From Dimorphilus gyrociliatus (taxonomy: Eukaryota > Animalia > Annelida): a DNA stretch of 64,000 nt. Where the stretch lies: assembly GCA_904063045.1 (NCBI GenBank), contig CAJFCJ010000006.1:4728408-4792407 (forward strand), given 5' to 3'. The position numbers and the translations under genes are program-made. The notes beneath the pieces were generated by a model. That model had not been told where the DNA came from and did not search any database. It saw nothing but the letters and a program-made list of their open reading frames with translations. Below are positions 1 through 13,635 of the stretch, piece after piece (positions within the stretch are counted from its first letter, which is position 1; the number at the start of each line of letters is the position of its first letter).

Positions 1-9
1 TTAATTTAG

Positions 10-3000
10 AGGAATACTTTACTATTGGCGACGTACTCTGGTAAGAGAGTGAAATATGTTAGTTAATCTTAGCTATCAAATCTTTTGTTCTCCATCATTT
101 TAGGGCAATTGATAATCTGGATTATGTTGGTAAGAATACAAACACCGCCGATGGCTTACGCAAGGTAAGAACACAAATTATTGGTAAGGGCGGAGATAGA
201 CCTGATGCAAGAAATATTGTGCTGGTAATAACTGATGGTAAGCCCAATCGTGAAGTTGATAAGACTGCTGACGAATCTCTAAAGCTTAAAGCAACTGGTG
301 CTGAGGTTAGTTAAAATATTTAACTGAACTGAAAGAAGTACTCATTTATACTTTGAATCAATTTTAGGTCATCGCCCTAGGAGTAACAAATGATGTTGAT
401 GATACTGAGTTGAAATTATTATCATCATATCCTAACAAGGAAGGACTTAACTATTATAAGACATTAGATTTCCAGAAATTAAATGAAGCTCTGAATCAAA
501 TGATAAAGAAAGTCTGTGGTACTCAAGGACCACCTGCACCAACAGTCATTGTACCTACTGTACCACCCGCACCACCAGAGTGTCAATCCACAAAGATCGA
601 TTTGTGCTTCATAGTTGACACTTCTGCATCAATCCGAAAGAGCAATCCAGCTGATCAATCCTACGATAATTGGCAGATTATGGTTGATTTTATGAAATAC
701 GTAGTAAACGCTATTGAAATTGGTCCTGATGCAAATCGCGTTGGGGCAGTACGTTTCTCAGAGACGGCTCATCTTGAATTCGATTTGGCCTCACATACAA
801 GCAAGGAAGATTTACTTCAGTAAGTTTTCCTTCTATTTCTTTTTTTAGAATTGTCATTATCATTTATCTTCACTTTCAGGGCAATTGATAAAATAAAATA
901 CGATGCATTGAATACAAATATAGCCGCTGGTTTAAGAGTTGCTAACTACGATGTATTTGGTCAACCAAGTAATAGAAAGAACGTAAGAGATGTTGCAATT
1001 CTCTTGACTGATGGAAAGGCTAATAGAGAAGCAAATCAAGTAACTCGTGAAGCAACCAACCTGAAGAAAGCCGGAGTAGAGGTATTTTTAATTATTTATT
1101 ATCAAGCCCATTTCCTATCACTTTTTTTTTGCAGATAATTGCTGTTGGCATAACTCAAAATGTGAATGGTCCTCAGCTAAAAGCCATTTCCTCACCTCCT
1201 CAAATCTTAAATCAGAATTATTACATCACAAATAATTTCTACGATTTATACAAGATTATTGGAGACATATGGAAGGTTGCGTGCGCCACTAAAGGTTAGA
1301 ACTTTGCTTATTTATCAGATAGTATATAACCTACTTTATGTTTGTAGAACCTGTTGAAGAAACCACTCAAGCACCAACAGTGAAACAGACCACAAAACCA
1401 GCTAATCCTTCTACCACGAAAAAGACTCCAAAACCAACCACTGCAGCTCCCAAACCAACTCTTCCATCATGTAATAGCGATTTGCCAGATAAACCAGCTA
1501 AACCAGGTATCACCTTTACACCAGAAAGTGGTTCAACAGAGTTGGAATATGTTTGTGAAATTTCAATCTACGATGAAACTAAAGTAGAAATGTATGTCGA
1601 ATATAAAGTTGAAGGTGTGCCAGTATCTATATCCTCAAAGGTGACTGGTAGAAGTTACAGACTTAAGGCATCAGCAATTAGCCGAACAATAGCCATTTAT
1701 AAACAAAAAGTTCAGTGTTGTGTCAAGGCACGTCATATTGACCAATGCGGTAATATGTATACTGTTGAAGTTTGTAGTGGAGAAATACAACATACATGCC
1801 AAGTTGTTGGCCAGAAAATCAGCGTAATGGAAGGACATGAAGCCCAAATACCAATTAAATGTAACGTTCCGCCTCGATATGTTTGCAATTTAGATAACAG
1901 CGATGTAGATTATGTATCAATTGAAACTGAAATGGAAGTACAAACGAACGAATTCTATTGCAATAAAAAGCCTATACCACAATATGTCTACGGTAAAGCT
2001 GGAAACAACAGATGCGGTCTTCGTGTCAATGAAAACAACTGGGCAGTAAATAAAAATATGAACATTCCTATAAAAGGCACTATTGACTACAGAAAAGATA
2101 CTACTCAAACACGTAAAACAACAGTCTATCTTATAAAATGGTCAACTAGCGGTCAAGAAATATGCCGAATTGAAATTGGAATAATTGTAATAGAAGTTAC
2201 CGAAATAAAACTAAAGCCTGGCATAAAATGCTACTCTCAAGGAGATCCCCATGTTCATACTTTTGATGGTCATAAGTATTCTCATCCATACGTTGGTGAA
2301 TTCTTATTCTGGAGAAACAAAGATCAGAGTTCATTCCCCTATGAAATAAGCGTTCAACATTATCAATGTACAAGGAATGCAGCATGTATTTGTGCTATAG
2401 GAGTTAGAGTTGGAGATGCAGTTATTACTATAGCACGTTGTGGCAAGAAAGTTACAAGAAAGGGTTGGGGCTGGAATCGCAAAGTATCGCAACCACCCAT
2501 GGATGTTAACACACGATTACACCCAGGATCAAAATTAATAGGCGTAGCGGTGTATGAAATAACGAAGGGATTTAAATACCAAATTAAACTTCCTCATGGT
2601 GGTCTTTTGTCAGTTGAAGCTAGATATTGGAAAGGTGGAAAAGCTGCTTATATGGATGTAAGCTATTATCCTTCACCTCTTGATTTTGCAAGCAGTGAAG
2701 GCTATTGCGGAAATTTCAACGGAAACCCCAACGATGATAAATGCGCAAGAGATTGCTTACTACAACAAAGGTATTACTTAGTTTAATATTGATTTATTCA
2801 TTAGATCTGTAATATTCTAATTTGATTCATTCAGATTTACATCAGCAACATCACTTTTTGTTGGTGTTAAAAAATCCTCTTCCAACACGAATACAGCATC
2901 GTCAACTGAATGGTGCTCTTGTCCAAAATCTGGAAATTCTTATTGTAGCACAGAATCATACCTCGTCAGAGATTGTGCTGGTACTTTGAAGGCAACATCA

Positions 3001-4311
3001 GGAAAAGATATAACTTTGAATATTAATAACAAAGCACCTGAGCCTAGTGCCAGACGTCGTAGAAATGCGTTCCCACCAGGCAATCCTGCTGATCCAAGAT
3101 TGAATGGCAATGCCAAATTAAAACCAGATTGGCCGACGGCAAGTGGTCGAACAGAAACAGAAGTGAGGCAATTATGCAATAGTAAGATTGCTCAGAGTGA
3201 TCTAGCCGCAAAGTGTGTTGCCTTTATCAACCAGGAGTTTGTTGACAACAAAGTAGATGACTGTGTCTATGACGTAGGCTTAACAGATGACGTTAAATAT
3301 GTCGATGTGACTTTAGCAGGCTTAAAGGATGCTTGTTCCACAGCTGCTGCGGCAAATGTTCCCGCAGCAAATGCTCCCAATCAGCCATTGCCAAATAATT
3401 TGCAAAATCTTAATGCACTCTTGTGCCCTAATGATTGTAGTGGCAATGGTAATTGCGATGCCGGCGTTTGTAACTGCAATAACGGCTTCACTGGTGATGA
3501 CTGCTCCATTGACAAGACGGCTCCACCAGTAGTCTCAGGTGTCGATAATGACGGTATTTGTTCTACAAATGATTGTAAGACTTATACGATTTTCGGAGAA
3601 GATTTCATTGATAGTGGAATAGTATGTTATATACAACAAATAACTGTGGATGACAATGGAGAAATTAAAAAAGTTGGAAATGTAAAACTGAAGGATGCCA
3701 CTTATGTCAGCGCAGCTGAAATTAGTTGCAACATTGACGGCGAAGATTTAACGGTCAAATATGAAGTTCAAGTAAGCAATGATGGAACAGCAACTACACT
3801 CAGCAAAGAGAAGGTCTATTTTATTCCTCACAATCAATGTTTTGTCTGCGGTTTAAGCTTTGCTGATACACCTTCATGTAATAGGACAACAGATGGTTGT
3901 CATATTCAAGGAACGTGTTATTCAGAAGGTGCGAGATCTCAGAATGATAAATGTAAAGTCTGCAAACCAACAGTAGATAATAGTGATTGGGTAAGCGAGT
4001 GTCCCGTAGAAACTACAGAACCATCAAAAACGACACGGCAACCCGTTTCACTGACTAAAGACGATGGACTATCTAATATGGAAATCGGTTTAGTAGTACT
4101 AGCGGTTGTGGTAGCAGTTATTGTTATTGGCTTAATTGCCTACTTAATTTACGATAATATGAAACGAAAACAACCAGTTCCAACACCTGAAGGATCTTTA
4201 ATAAAAGAAGATAAATACAGAATAGGTCCAACGGCTACCCGCCAATCAAGAGCCTTCGAAAGCATGCAGAACAATCCAGCGCTAGATGTAAATGGTCACA
4301 ATAGATATTAA
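10..4311 (+). CDS. 3' portion of a large type-I membrane protein: VWA domains, Pro/Thr-rich linker, VWD (GDPH), EGF, TM and short tail (VWDE-like architecture); starts upstream of the window
   Basis: Hand-spliced exons about 10-40, 104-305, 369-819, 880-1081, 1135-1294, 1348-2770 and 2835-4311, with GT-AG introns of 53-64 nt. VWA MIDAS motif DLCFIVDTSASI, VWD motifs CYSQGDPHVHTFDG and EGYCGNFNGNPNDD, EGF motif CPNDCSGNGNCDAGVCNCNNGFTGDDC, TM IGLVVLAVVVAVIVIGLIAYLIY. Confidence 0.9.
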
Positions 4312-5041
4312 TGAACTCTTAAAGCATTTACCCTTCTTTATACATTTATAACGTTGAAACATCACTTCAAATAATATATATCTATATATTATTGATGTTA
4401 AATATATAATATATAATTTTTCTGCAATACATTCTTTTTCTATTTCTACTTACGTAACACATTTAGTTTGACGGAATTGATAAAGGAATTTATTTGTATT
4501 ACTGTTAAAATTTTTATCGTACTTTGGTTACTTTCTAACTAAACAGTGAGCTTTGATCGGAAAAACAAAAATACTTTTATCTAGAATTCCAAGAATTGTA
4601 GGTTGTACTAAATCTGACAGAGCTTAATACTAAAATATATTAAGCTGTTGAATTCTTTACAAAAAACCTTTACTCTTCTTTAAGCTCTACATTCAAGTAA
4701 ATCTTTTTAGTGTGATAACATATTTCTTTATTTTTTCCTTAGATATTAGTCATTGTTAAATCACTTTAATTCGATTTGAGCTGTCATAGTAGAGTTTTTT
4801 TATTGCATACAGGTTTTAGGTAGGCCAACTGTATATTAAATTCATCATCGCCTAAAAGTGAGCGGAACAGGGAATCAGGCCATCAGCAGAAGTTCATGTA
4901 AAAGCTCCGCATCGAATCTATATGTTCATTGAGATCTACTAATTAAAACAGTTCAACCCTCTATTAAGGAGATCAAATAATGCAAGATAATTCTTATAAC
5001 GACTAAAAGAAAACTAAAACAACTGTTTACAAGAAAAAGAG

Positions 5042-7228
5042 ATGGCTGTCAATTCTTTCAGATATCTTGCTGTCTGCTATTTAAGACAGCCATTGTTTAA
5101 AGTTACATTAAGAGGTAATGAAAACCCTAAAAACTGACCCTTTAATACTTTTCAAAATCTTTCTGTCTTGTAGCCACATTAGGAGGTTCAAGCTATCGAA
5201 ATTTTTTAAAGGTAAAGTCAAGCACAGTTTCTTCCCTACGTCACTATTCTGATAGCCAAAATGGCTCAGGGTCCACCAAAGGTCCTGAAAAAAAAGGATC
5301 CTGGTGGTGTCCTAAATGCGGTGAACCTTGCACTCATGTCGATACATTTGTCAGTAAGTATTTGAACAATTTACCAATAAGGTTTTTTCATAATAAACAA
5401 ATTATTATCGATAGATAAACAAATATAAATTTTTCAGCTGCCACGCGTTTCGTTAAGTGTGAAAAATGTAATCATTTTTTCATCGTTATACCTGAGAATG
5501 ATGGATCTAAAAGGGGTTTAAAGACTGATGCTACTGTTCATCCTGGTAAAGCAAAGCAGAAACCTCCACCTGCGCCCAAAAAAATTTATAACTATCTTTC
5601 TGATCATGTCATTGGTCAAAAGTACGCGAAAAAAGTTTTGTCAGTTGCAGTTTATAACCATTACAAGCGAGTGCATAACAATCTTCCTCCAGCAACAAGC
5701 ACTGACAGAAGTTCTGATATGTTTGTTTCGAGTGATGGAAGAAATATCAACAATACTACTTTAAATAATAGAGGTAATGAAAATTTCTTTCTGTTAAATT
5801 TATTTACATAGCCAATAAAAACGTTGCGTACTTTAAATTAGCTTGATATGCAAAAGCAATTAATCTATATTAGAGCAGACGTCATTTTTCTATTTAAAGA
5901 GCTGTTAACTCGTCGAATGATTTTACCTTCATCATAATCAAGTATTTTTCATTTCTTGCAGATCTTTTACATCTTTCTGGTATAAATCCAAATACGAATA
6001 TAACTGGAAGTGCATTAGGTCCGACGGGACCTACAGAAAATAGACAGACCTCGTCTTCCGATATTCTAGAAGCCTCGTCATACGAACTCCGCCTTGAAAA
6101 ATCAAATATTCTTATGTTGGGTCCCACTGGTTCAGGAAAAACTCTACTAGCTCAGACGTTAGCTCGTTGTTTAGATGTTCCTTTCGCTATTTGTGATTGT
6201 ACGACATTGACTCAAGCGGGTTACGTTGGTGAAGACATAGAGTCCGTTATTGCTAAACTACTACAAGATGCAAATTATGATGTAGAAAGAGCTCAAAGAG
6301 GCATAGTATTTCTAGATGAGGTTTGTTTATAGTTTCATGTCATAATCATTATTAATACGGTTTCAACAATTAGGTTGACAAAATTGGCAGCGTTCCGGGA
6401 ATTCATCAGCTCAGAGATGTAGGGGGAGAAGGAGTACAACAGGGTATGCTTAAAATGCTGGAAGGCACTACAGTAAATGTTCCAGAACGAAATAGCAGAA
6501 AATTACGCGGAGACAGCGTTTCTGTAGATACAACTAATATACTATTCGTTGCATCTGGAGCTTTTAACGGTTTAGATAAAATAGTATCTAGAAGGAAACA
6601 CGAAAAGTACTTAGGCTTCGGAACTGTCACTGCTCAACAAGGAAGACGAGCTGCTGCCGCAGCTGACCAAAGATCCTACTCAGAAAATGACGATGTTATA
6701 GAGGAGATTGAAGAAAGAGATAATCTATTGAAGAGTGTTGAAGCAAGAGACCTTATCGAATTTGGCATGATACCCGAATTCGTTGGAAGATTACCTGTTA
6801 TAGTGCCATTACATGGATTAAATGAAAAAATGCTGGTTCAGATTTTAACTGAGCCGAAAAACGCCATAATCCCTCAATTTCAAGCGCTCTTCCTTATGGA
6901 TGACGCTAATCTAGAAGTTACTCCAGAAGCTTTGAGAGCAATTGCAAAACAGGCTATGGAGAGGAAAACAGGTGCAAGAGGACTTCGAGCAATTATAGTT
7001 AGTTTCCTTAAAGTTAATTGTCAACAAAATAGTTAAATGATTAATGCAAATCTATTTTTTTAGGAACGAATTCTGTTGGAACCAATGTTTGAAGTGCCTG
7101 GAAGTGATATCATTGAAGTTATAATTGATGAGAAAGCGGTAAAAGAAGACGCCGATGCCAAATATGTAAAAAGAGAGTCAGTTTTAAATGAAGAAAAAGA
7201 AGAATGCACTAATCGAGTTGGCCAATGA
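5042..7228 (+). CDS. CLPX: Mitochondrial ATP-dependent Clp protease ATP-binding subunit ClpX
   Basis: Exons 5042-5114, 5174-5353, 5438-5773, 5962-6320, 6374-6997 and 7064-7228. Basic presequence [20 protein letters not shown], zinc finger CPKCGEPC...VKCEKC, Walker [22 protein letters not shown], Walker [20 protein letters not shown] and KTGARGLR. Confidence 0.97.
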
Positions 7229-8591
7229 ATGAAGCCAATTTATTTAATGTCTTTTGGAAGTATTTAACAAAACTGTTTTAAATACTTTATTGGATATATT
7301 ATATAGAAAAACTGAAAAAAAAACACTTTTTCGTCTTAATGATTATTCATTCTATGAATCTTGGATATTAATTACATCTTATAGACAGTAAATTAAAAGG
7401 AAAATGATTTTACCTGTTTAAATCATTCGAACATTTAAAAAAAATGCAAAGAAATACATCTTTAATGGCAATTGTACAAAACATTTTCTCATATTGTATA
7501 TTAATTATATAAATTAACCATCTTAGTAGTAGTGAAAGCCGGAATGAAAATAGATAGAATAAAATAAATATGAATAATAATTTACCTGTCAATCGAAAGA
7601 TGTAGCTCAAGAGTCAATATTTCATTGCGAAATATTCTAATTTTAATGTTTTTTGGCATTTTATTCTATAAAACAATTGATAATCGAAGAAATCAAAGGT
7701 TAAAAGTGTTAAAATTTTCTTTAAATATTGATAAAATTTATTTCACTTTCAAGTTATCTATAATTTATTACTGAAGGATGTAAACAAGAAAATTTACGTT
7801 TAACTTATATCTCTCAGACTTCTGGATTAGATTATTCCTGATAATCTGTAACGAACACGAATATTTAATCTGTTAACCCCTCTGTACAAAAAAAAAAAAA
7901 CAAGTATAATGACTTTTTAAGAAAATTTATGGAGAATTATGGCGGAAAATTCTGATAAATTGCTATCATTTATTAAAAAAATAGAATAGTTTAAAAAGTT
8001 TACTATTTTTCTATTATTATGAATGTTTAACATATAAATTAATAAATTGTTTAGCAAGTAAATAAACAGTTCTTGTAAACAATTAGTAGACTAAAATTAA
8101 GGAGAATAAATGATAAAAATATCCTACTGGAAAGTAAATATATCAATTTTCTATGGAAAATTTTTAATTATTGAAAATATTAATATTAAAAAGTCAGCAA
8201 TATTATTTGACAATTGTCTATTTAATATTATGATTAATATAACTATATGAAGTATTTTTATCTCTAGATACATGTTATTGCATCACGTTTTTTTAACCTT
8301 CAATAGTCCCGCACTTATATATTTTTTGAAAATAAAAATAAAAAACATAAGAATAACTATTCTAAATACTAATCCATAAAATAAAAATGATTATTAAACT
8401 ATACCCGGAATATGAATGTTCTCTGTATAAAAAATATCAAAAAGAGAAAAATTCTATGGAAATATAGAACGTATCACAATTCGTAAAAGTTTGTATGGAA
8501 TATCATTAAAAAAAGAATTTTAGATACAATGTTTTAATATATTTGTATTATTATTACAAAATCTTGCTATTAGTGTAATATTTACACTATA

Positions 8592-10435
8592 TTATTGTCT
8601 ATTTTCTATTAAAAATTGTATTATATCTTCTCTTTCTAATTCCAATCTAGGCATTTTAAATGCCATATTATTTTCTTGTTTTAATATTTGACGTAAATTA
8701 TTAAAAGTATTCTTTCTAGTACAAATAACATTTATCTTGTCCATTTCATCGTTTTGCCTTAATTTATCATAAACGTTGAACGATTTCCTTAATTCGATAT
8801 CGAACATTAATTTTTCTTCTCTAGTTAGATTTCCTCCATCTATTAATTCTATAAATAGAATATAATGTGGAAGGGAACTATAATAATAGTTTTCGACGAT
8901 TGTACTCTTTCGAATATTAGGTATCAGGATCGTATCTATTATTATTTTATTTAACCTAATTGCAGTCAATTCAACAATTTCCAGGATAGTATTCTCTGAT
9001 AAAAATCTTCCTTTTACATTTAATACAGATTGTCTTCGGTTTAATAGCTTATATGTAAAGTAAGGTTTTTTACTAACAATTGTTATTAGATCACCAGTTC
9101 TGTATCTGTATAAACCGGAATTGTTTGTCACAACAACTTCGTAATTTTCTCCAATTGTAACATCTGACGGAAGAATAGGTATAAGCCTATTTATAACAGC
9201 GTCTTTTTCATGTATGAATTCAAAGAAGGCGTAGTTAGCGTTTAGAATGTAGACGCAACTATCCGGAGCTAACTCGGCGCCTATACCTATATGGCATTCA
9301 TTACAGGAGTGTATTAGACTATATGTATCTATATTTTTCATATAGATCTTTTTCATGGCCTTATAATAGATAGAGAATGTCCCTGACGTAATCATCTTGA
9401 CAGCTATTAAATTAGGCCAAATTCTTTTAGCTAACTCCTCCCTAGGACCATTAAAAATTGACTTGATTTCTAAAGCTCGTTTCCGATTGGGCGACAATTG
9501 ACTATTCAATTCTTTTCTTATTTTATCGTCTATTAATAGATTTTCATTCAAAATTCCATTATTTATATCCGAACATACTAACTCCCAGTGTTCATCTAAA
9601 TATTTCCAAAAGTAATAAACGGTTGAGGCGAATAGGGCATTAATTTCTCCTATATCCTTATCCCTTAGAGCAAATACGGCATGAACGTGTAAAGCAGATT
9701 TTTCATGGGCAATTAAAAAACCGCCGGGAGGTGTGACCCCAAATTTATATAGCCTGTCCGGTCTCAAGTGACATACAACTGCTCCTATAAATAAGACACG
9801 ATGAGGAAATAATAGCGTAATAACGATGTTAAAAACATTTCTACCTGAGTTGATGTCTTTTATTGAGCCAATATTATTCAAACCATAATAAAGTCCTAAT
9901 ACTCTATGTAAGGTTTTACTTTTTCCATTCGTTCCTTTATAAACGTTATACATAATAATTGGGCCTATATTACTCATACCGTATCTTTTCATTTCAGATG
10001 TAACTGGTATAATTTTAGGTTTTCCAGTTGTTCCCGACGTTTTGGCAAAATAAATAACATCTTTTTTACTTAATACATTTTGTCTTTTGGCCGATATTTT
10101 ATAAATATAATCTGAATAATCATTATATTCAGTTATCGGATGTAATTTATAGAAATCGTCGTAATCTTTTATACTATTAAATTTATACTTCTTTCCCCAT
10201 TCTGTCATACGATTATCATTTAATATCTTTATTAATAGTTTCTTTTGTTCGCTTTCTAAATGTTTATTCTTCCAAAGATGAATAAAACGTTTAAAAAACC
10301 CAAATAATATCAATATATTAAAACTTATATATTGAATAAGTAAACTTTTAATTGTATGACTTTTAGCCGGTTTCTTTCTATAAATATCATAAATGATAGA
10401 AAGTAGAAAAATTAGAGTTAATCCAATAATATTAT
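8592..10435 (-). CDS. GHDC: GH3 domain-containing acyl-adenylate ligase-like protein (GHDC-like), one long exon; 5' end unresolved
   Basis: 573-codon ORF with GH3 motifs QKKLLIKILNDNRMTEWGKKYKF, YFAKTSGTTGKPK, YSLIHSCNEC, and GENYEVVVTNNSGLYRYRTGDLI. The frame stays stop-free upstream to 10487 and includes a hydrophobic segment (IIGLTLIFLLSIIYDIY). There is an acceptor-like ttttattttccag ending at 10436. Confidence 0.85.
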
Positions 10436-10678
10436 CTGGAAAAATAAAATTCGAATAAAACTTTTTTTTTATAAAAAAAAACGAAAACTATTTTTTCCTT
10501 TCTTTCTTTTCTAGTATATTTCTCAACTTGAAAAAAAAGATAAAAATAACTCATACCAAACACACGAATAAATAAAAAATATACAATTCTTGTTTTTTTG
10601 TTCTTTTTGTTTTGTTTGTTTGTTTGTTTGTCTTTTTTTTTTTACTTTATTCTTCATAGTAGTTTTCATTCTGTATTC

Positions 10679-11017
10679 TCAATTTCTATGTACTAATGCT
10701 CTACTTGGGTCAGCGCAATAGCTCAACCATTCTTTAACGTCGCATTGATGAACGCAACATTCGCAGGCGATTGAATCTCCTCTACCCCTTTTCGTATTGA
10801 GCATAGCAAGCGCAGTCCTCTTCTTTATGAATGATCCATCAGAACGTTTTCCATTAACATTACCTGGGCCACAAATTGTTCGGATTGTTTTATCAATCAT
10901 ACCGAAACAATCTTTTTGTTGACGCATTGAATGAATTTCATGTATTTTGCAGATATGTTCACTGGCTAATGTAATAATGGGTAATAGGAGAATGAGTACG
11001 ATGTTTTTTGTAATCAT
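10679..11017 (-). CDS. Insulin-like peptide precursor, 8-Cys (molluscan-insulin type)
   Basis: Signal peptide MITKNIVLILLLPIITLA. B chain with 3 Cys, dibasic sites KR, KKR and KR, and A chain ACECCVHQCDVKEWLSYC with 5 Cys. Acceptor just upstream of the ATG and a noncoding exon ending ctcaag|gtaagt at 11126. Confidence 0.93.
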   Translation of the reverse strand: MITKNIVLILLLPIITLASEHICKIHEIHSMRQQKDCFGMIDKTIRTICGPGNVNGKRSDGSFIKKRTALAMLNTKRGRGDSIACECCVHQCDVKEWLSYCADPSRALVHRN

Positions 11018-11198
11018 TTCCTGTAAATAGAAGTAGTATTTTGTCTTTTTTTTTTCTTTGTTTGTTGATTTGTTTGTATTTTTAGCTTTTACTTGACTGA
11101 AGGGAGAAAAAACTTGTCAACTTACCTTGAGAAGAAGAATGTAACAATGGTGAGGATGGGGGACGGGGGAAAAATTAAATAAATAATAGAATTCCAAT

Positions 11199-11208
11199 CT
11201 TTTATATA
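11199..11208 (-). promoter_or_regulatory. Probable TATA box of the insulin-like peptide gene
   Basis: TATATAAAAG on the minus strand, about 70 nt upstream of the noncoding exon 1 donor at 11126. Confidence 0.5.
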
Positions 11209-13635
11209 ATGTAAATCAAGTTGCTTCTTTAGCGCCCCCTATTATTTCTATCTATCATTTGTCGTATTAATTATAAAAAAAAGACTAACATGTACAAACA
11301 TATCCTGAAAGTTTTCCTATATCTCTTTCCGTAATGATTAAATCTCAAATCAAAGGAATCATGTTAAGTGTATTAGTTAACCTTTGATTGTCTATTATAT
11401 TTTACTGTCTTTCTTAAAACTAACAAATTAGAAAGATTATAGAAATAAAAGATAAGGAAAGAATTTTTGGGTAAAATGATTAACTAAATTATATAACTTA
11501 CTATAAATATTAACATATCTTTGAGATGTCAATAGGAAAATGGTTGAGATAATACCAATTAATCCATAAAATATCATAAAATTCATTCTTCTAGAATGTT
11601 CCTCTTTCAACTATTTCTAATTGAAGTACTATATAATTCTATTTCTGTGTCAGAATGAAATATAATAGGAAAAATACTTACCAGACTACTGTTTTCTATT
11701 TTAAACAATGAAAAAAAAAACCTTCGACTTTGCACTTTTTAGATGAGAAAGAAAACTTCTAACAAAAGGAAGGTTTGGCTTATTATTTTCTCTATATGAT
11801 ATTATATAGTCTAAAAATACCTTACAAATTAAATACATTGTATATTCTAAGGGTTTTTACCTTTTTCAAAACCCATCGTTTGTTAAAAATAAAAAAAGAT
11901 AGATGGAGCCACTTGTTACTAGTTGCTTGTTATTTAAGAATAAGGCTAGTCGTAATGTAAGCTTTTAAGAAAATTTTATTTAGTTTATTACTGTCAATTT
12001 AAAAGGATAGAATGAATAATTTGCCAATAAATGATCGTCTAAATTCAATGTGCCCATGAAAGGAACAGACGTATAAGAAACTTAACGGTATAGAATATTA
12101 TTCTATAAAAAATATGCTAAGAAATAAAGGGAATTTAGATAATAGGATAGGAAAATTCTATCAATTTAAATGCAAAACCATCTCCACCCCTCCTGAAAAA
12201 AACGAGAGAAAAAAGAAACGCCAACAATTTATGGACGTATAAGTGCATCCTTTGGGAATATTGAGAGGCATAGTATAAATTCTCAGAGAGAACAATTGAT
12301 AATTTTCATCCTCTCTTGTATTGGTAGACAAAATGATCAAGCAAAGGATAGAAAAGAAATCCCCTTGCCGATAGACTCGGCTTTGTATATTACTACTTTA
12401 TTTTTCATTTATTGGAATAAAAAGATTTTTATATTTATATATATAAATAGAATAGTGCGAGGAAAGGGGAATGAAAAATTGATATAGATAGATAGGTACA
12501 TAGAGTAAGATCGACGAGAAATGAGAAAAAGAGGAATATAAGGGAAAGAGAGTGTATTACAAAGGAAATAAAAAACTTCTACATAAATTTTCATTGTCAC
12601 CCTTCTTCACCTTATCAATCAAAACAGTCTCCTACCTTTTAACGTACAACTACTCTTATTTCAGATAGACAAGAAAAATATATATCTCCTTTGACTTGTT
12701 TCCATTCTTTAGCATCGATTTTTCTTTTCTTTTCATCATTGTATAAGATTTAATTTATTATTACTTTTTAATTAAAAATCTTTAATATGTTTTGATGGAG
12801 AATATGAAAACATCTGTAAGATAAGACTTGCATAATGAGACGCTTTTCTTTAGAGTTCTAAAGATTTTTTACCTTATAAAAGGGAGAAAATATGGAAAAG
12901 GTATATTGAGAAAATTGATTTTTCTTCAGATTGACAAATCTTATAAAAACCAAGCAAGATAAAAAAAATCTAGGCCACTCTGGGAATAAGTCCATTCAAC
13001 TAGTTGTACAAACTACCAATAGATGGATGCACTAGTTATTTAGTCGATATCCAACATAGTTACACGTCAACCTCATCAGGGTGACTTTGATGTTGCATAG
13101 ATCTTTTCTCTTTTTCTTTTCATACGACGAATTCGTTGGGTTTTTTTTCGTACGTTTTCTCAATGCTACAGTGTTCTATAGATGATATAGAAATGATATG
13201 AAACTGGCATGAGAGAGTATTCTTGATATTGTCATCAATATTTAAATTTTTTTTTATTTACAAGTATGTTATTAAGTACATTATAAACAAAATTTTTAAG
13301 ACATTAAACGCATGTTAAACTTAGTGCTATAAATAATTTTTAAATGGAGAAACATATACATTAGAAGATACTATTTGTATAATAACTCAAATAAAATCCA
13401 TCAGTGATAATCGAATATTCGGTTTGGATGTTCATCCCAATCTTTTATCTCATTTAAATAAATCAAAAAACGGAGAAATCATCCAGTTTTCTCTTACATT
13501 GTTTATTTAAAGGACGATATTACACTATTTAATAAACATATAACAAGTAAGCAGTTTGTATACATGACTGAAATTATGTCTAATCACTCGTGATTCTCAT
13601 GAATCTTGTGGGAAAACACAGTTGTAGTTGGAAAT

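Noticed and set aside
4790-4950. Minus-strand frame with in-frame TGA (FYMNFC-U-WPDSLFRSLL) suggesting a selenoprotein, or a GC-richer ncRNA
   Set aside because: No start or upstream exon can be built, the downstream ATGA..AA..GA does not form a SECIS stem, and there is no match to snRNAs or snoRNAs I know. The position fits the ClpX promoter/5' UTR.
7700-8200. Stop-riddled coding-like plus frame (LTYISQTSG, NDFLRKFMENYGGKF)
   Set aside because: Too many stops and no convincing family motif; compatible with AT-rich intergenic noise.
8592-10313. Horizontal transfer of the intronless, very AT-rich GH3 gene
   Set aside because: Animals have GHDC, the upstream frame encodes a GHDC-like hydrophobic anchor, and long exons are common in this window. 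No phylogeny is available to argue otherwise.
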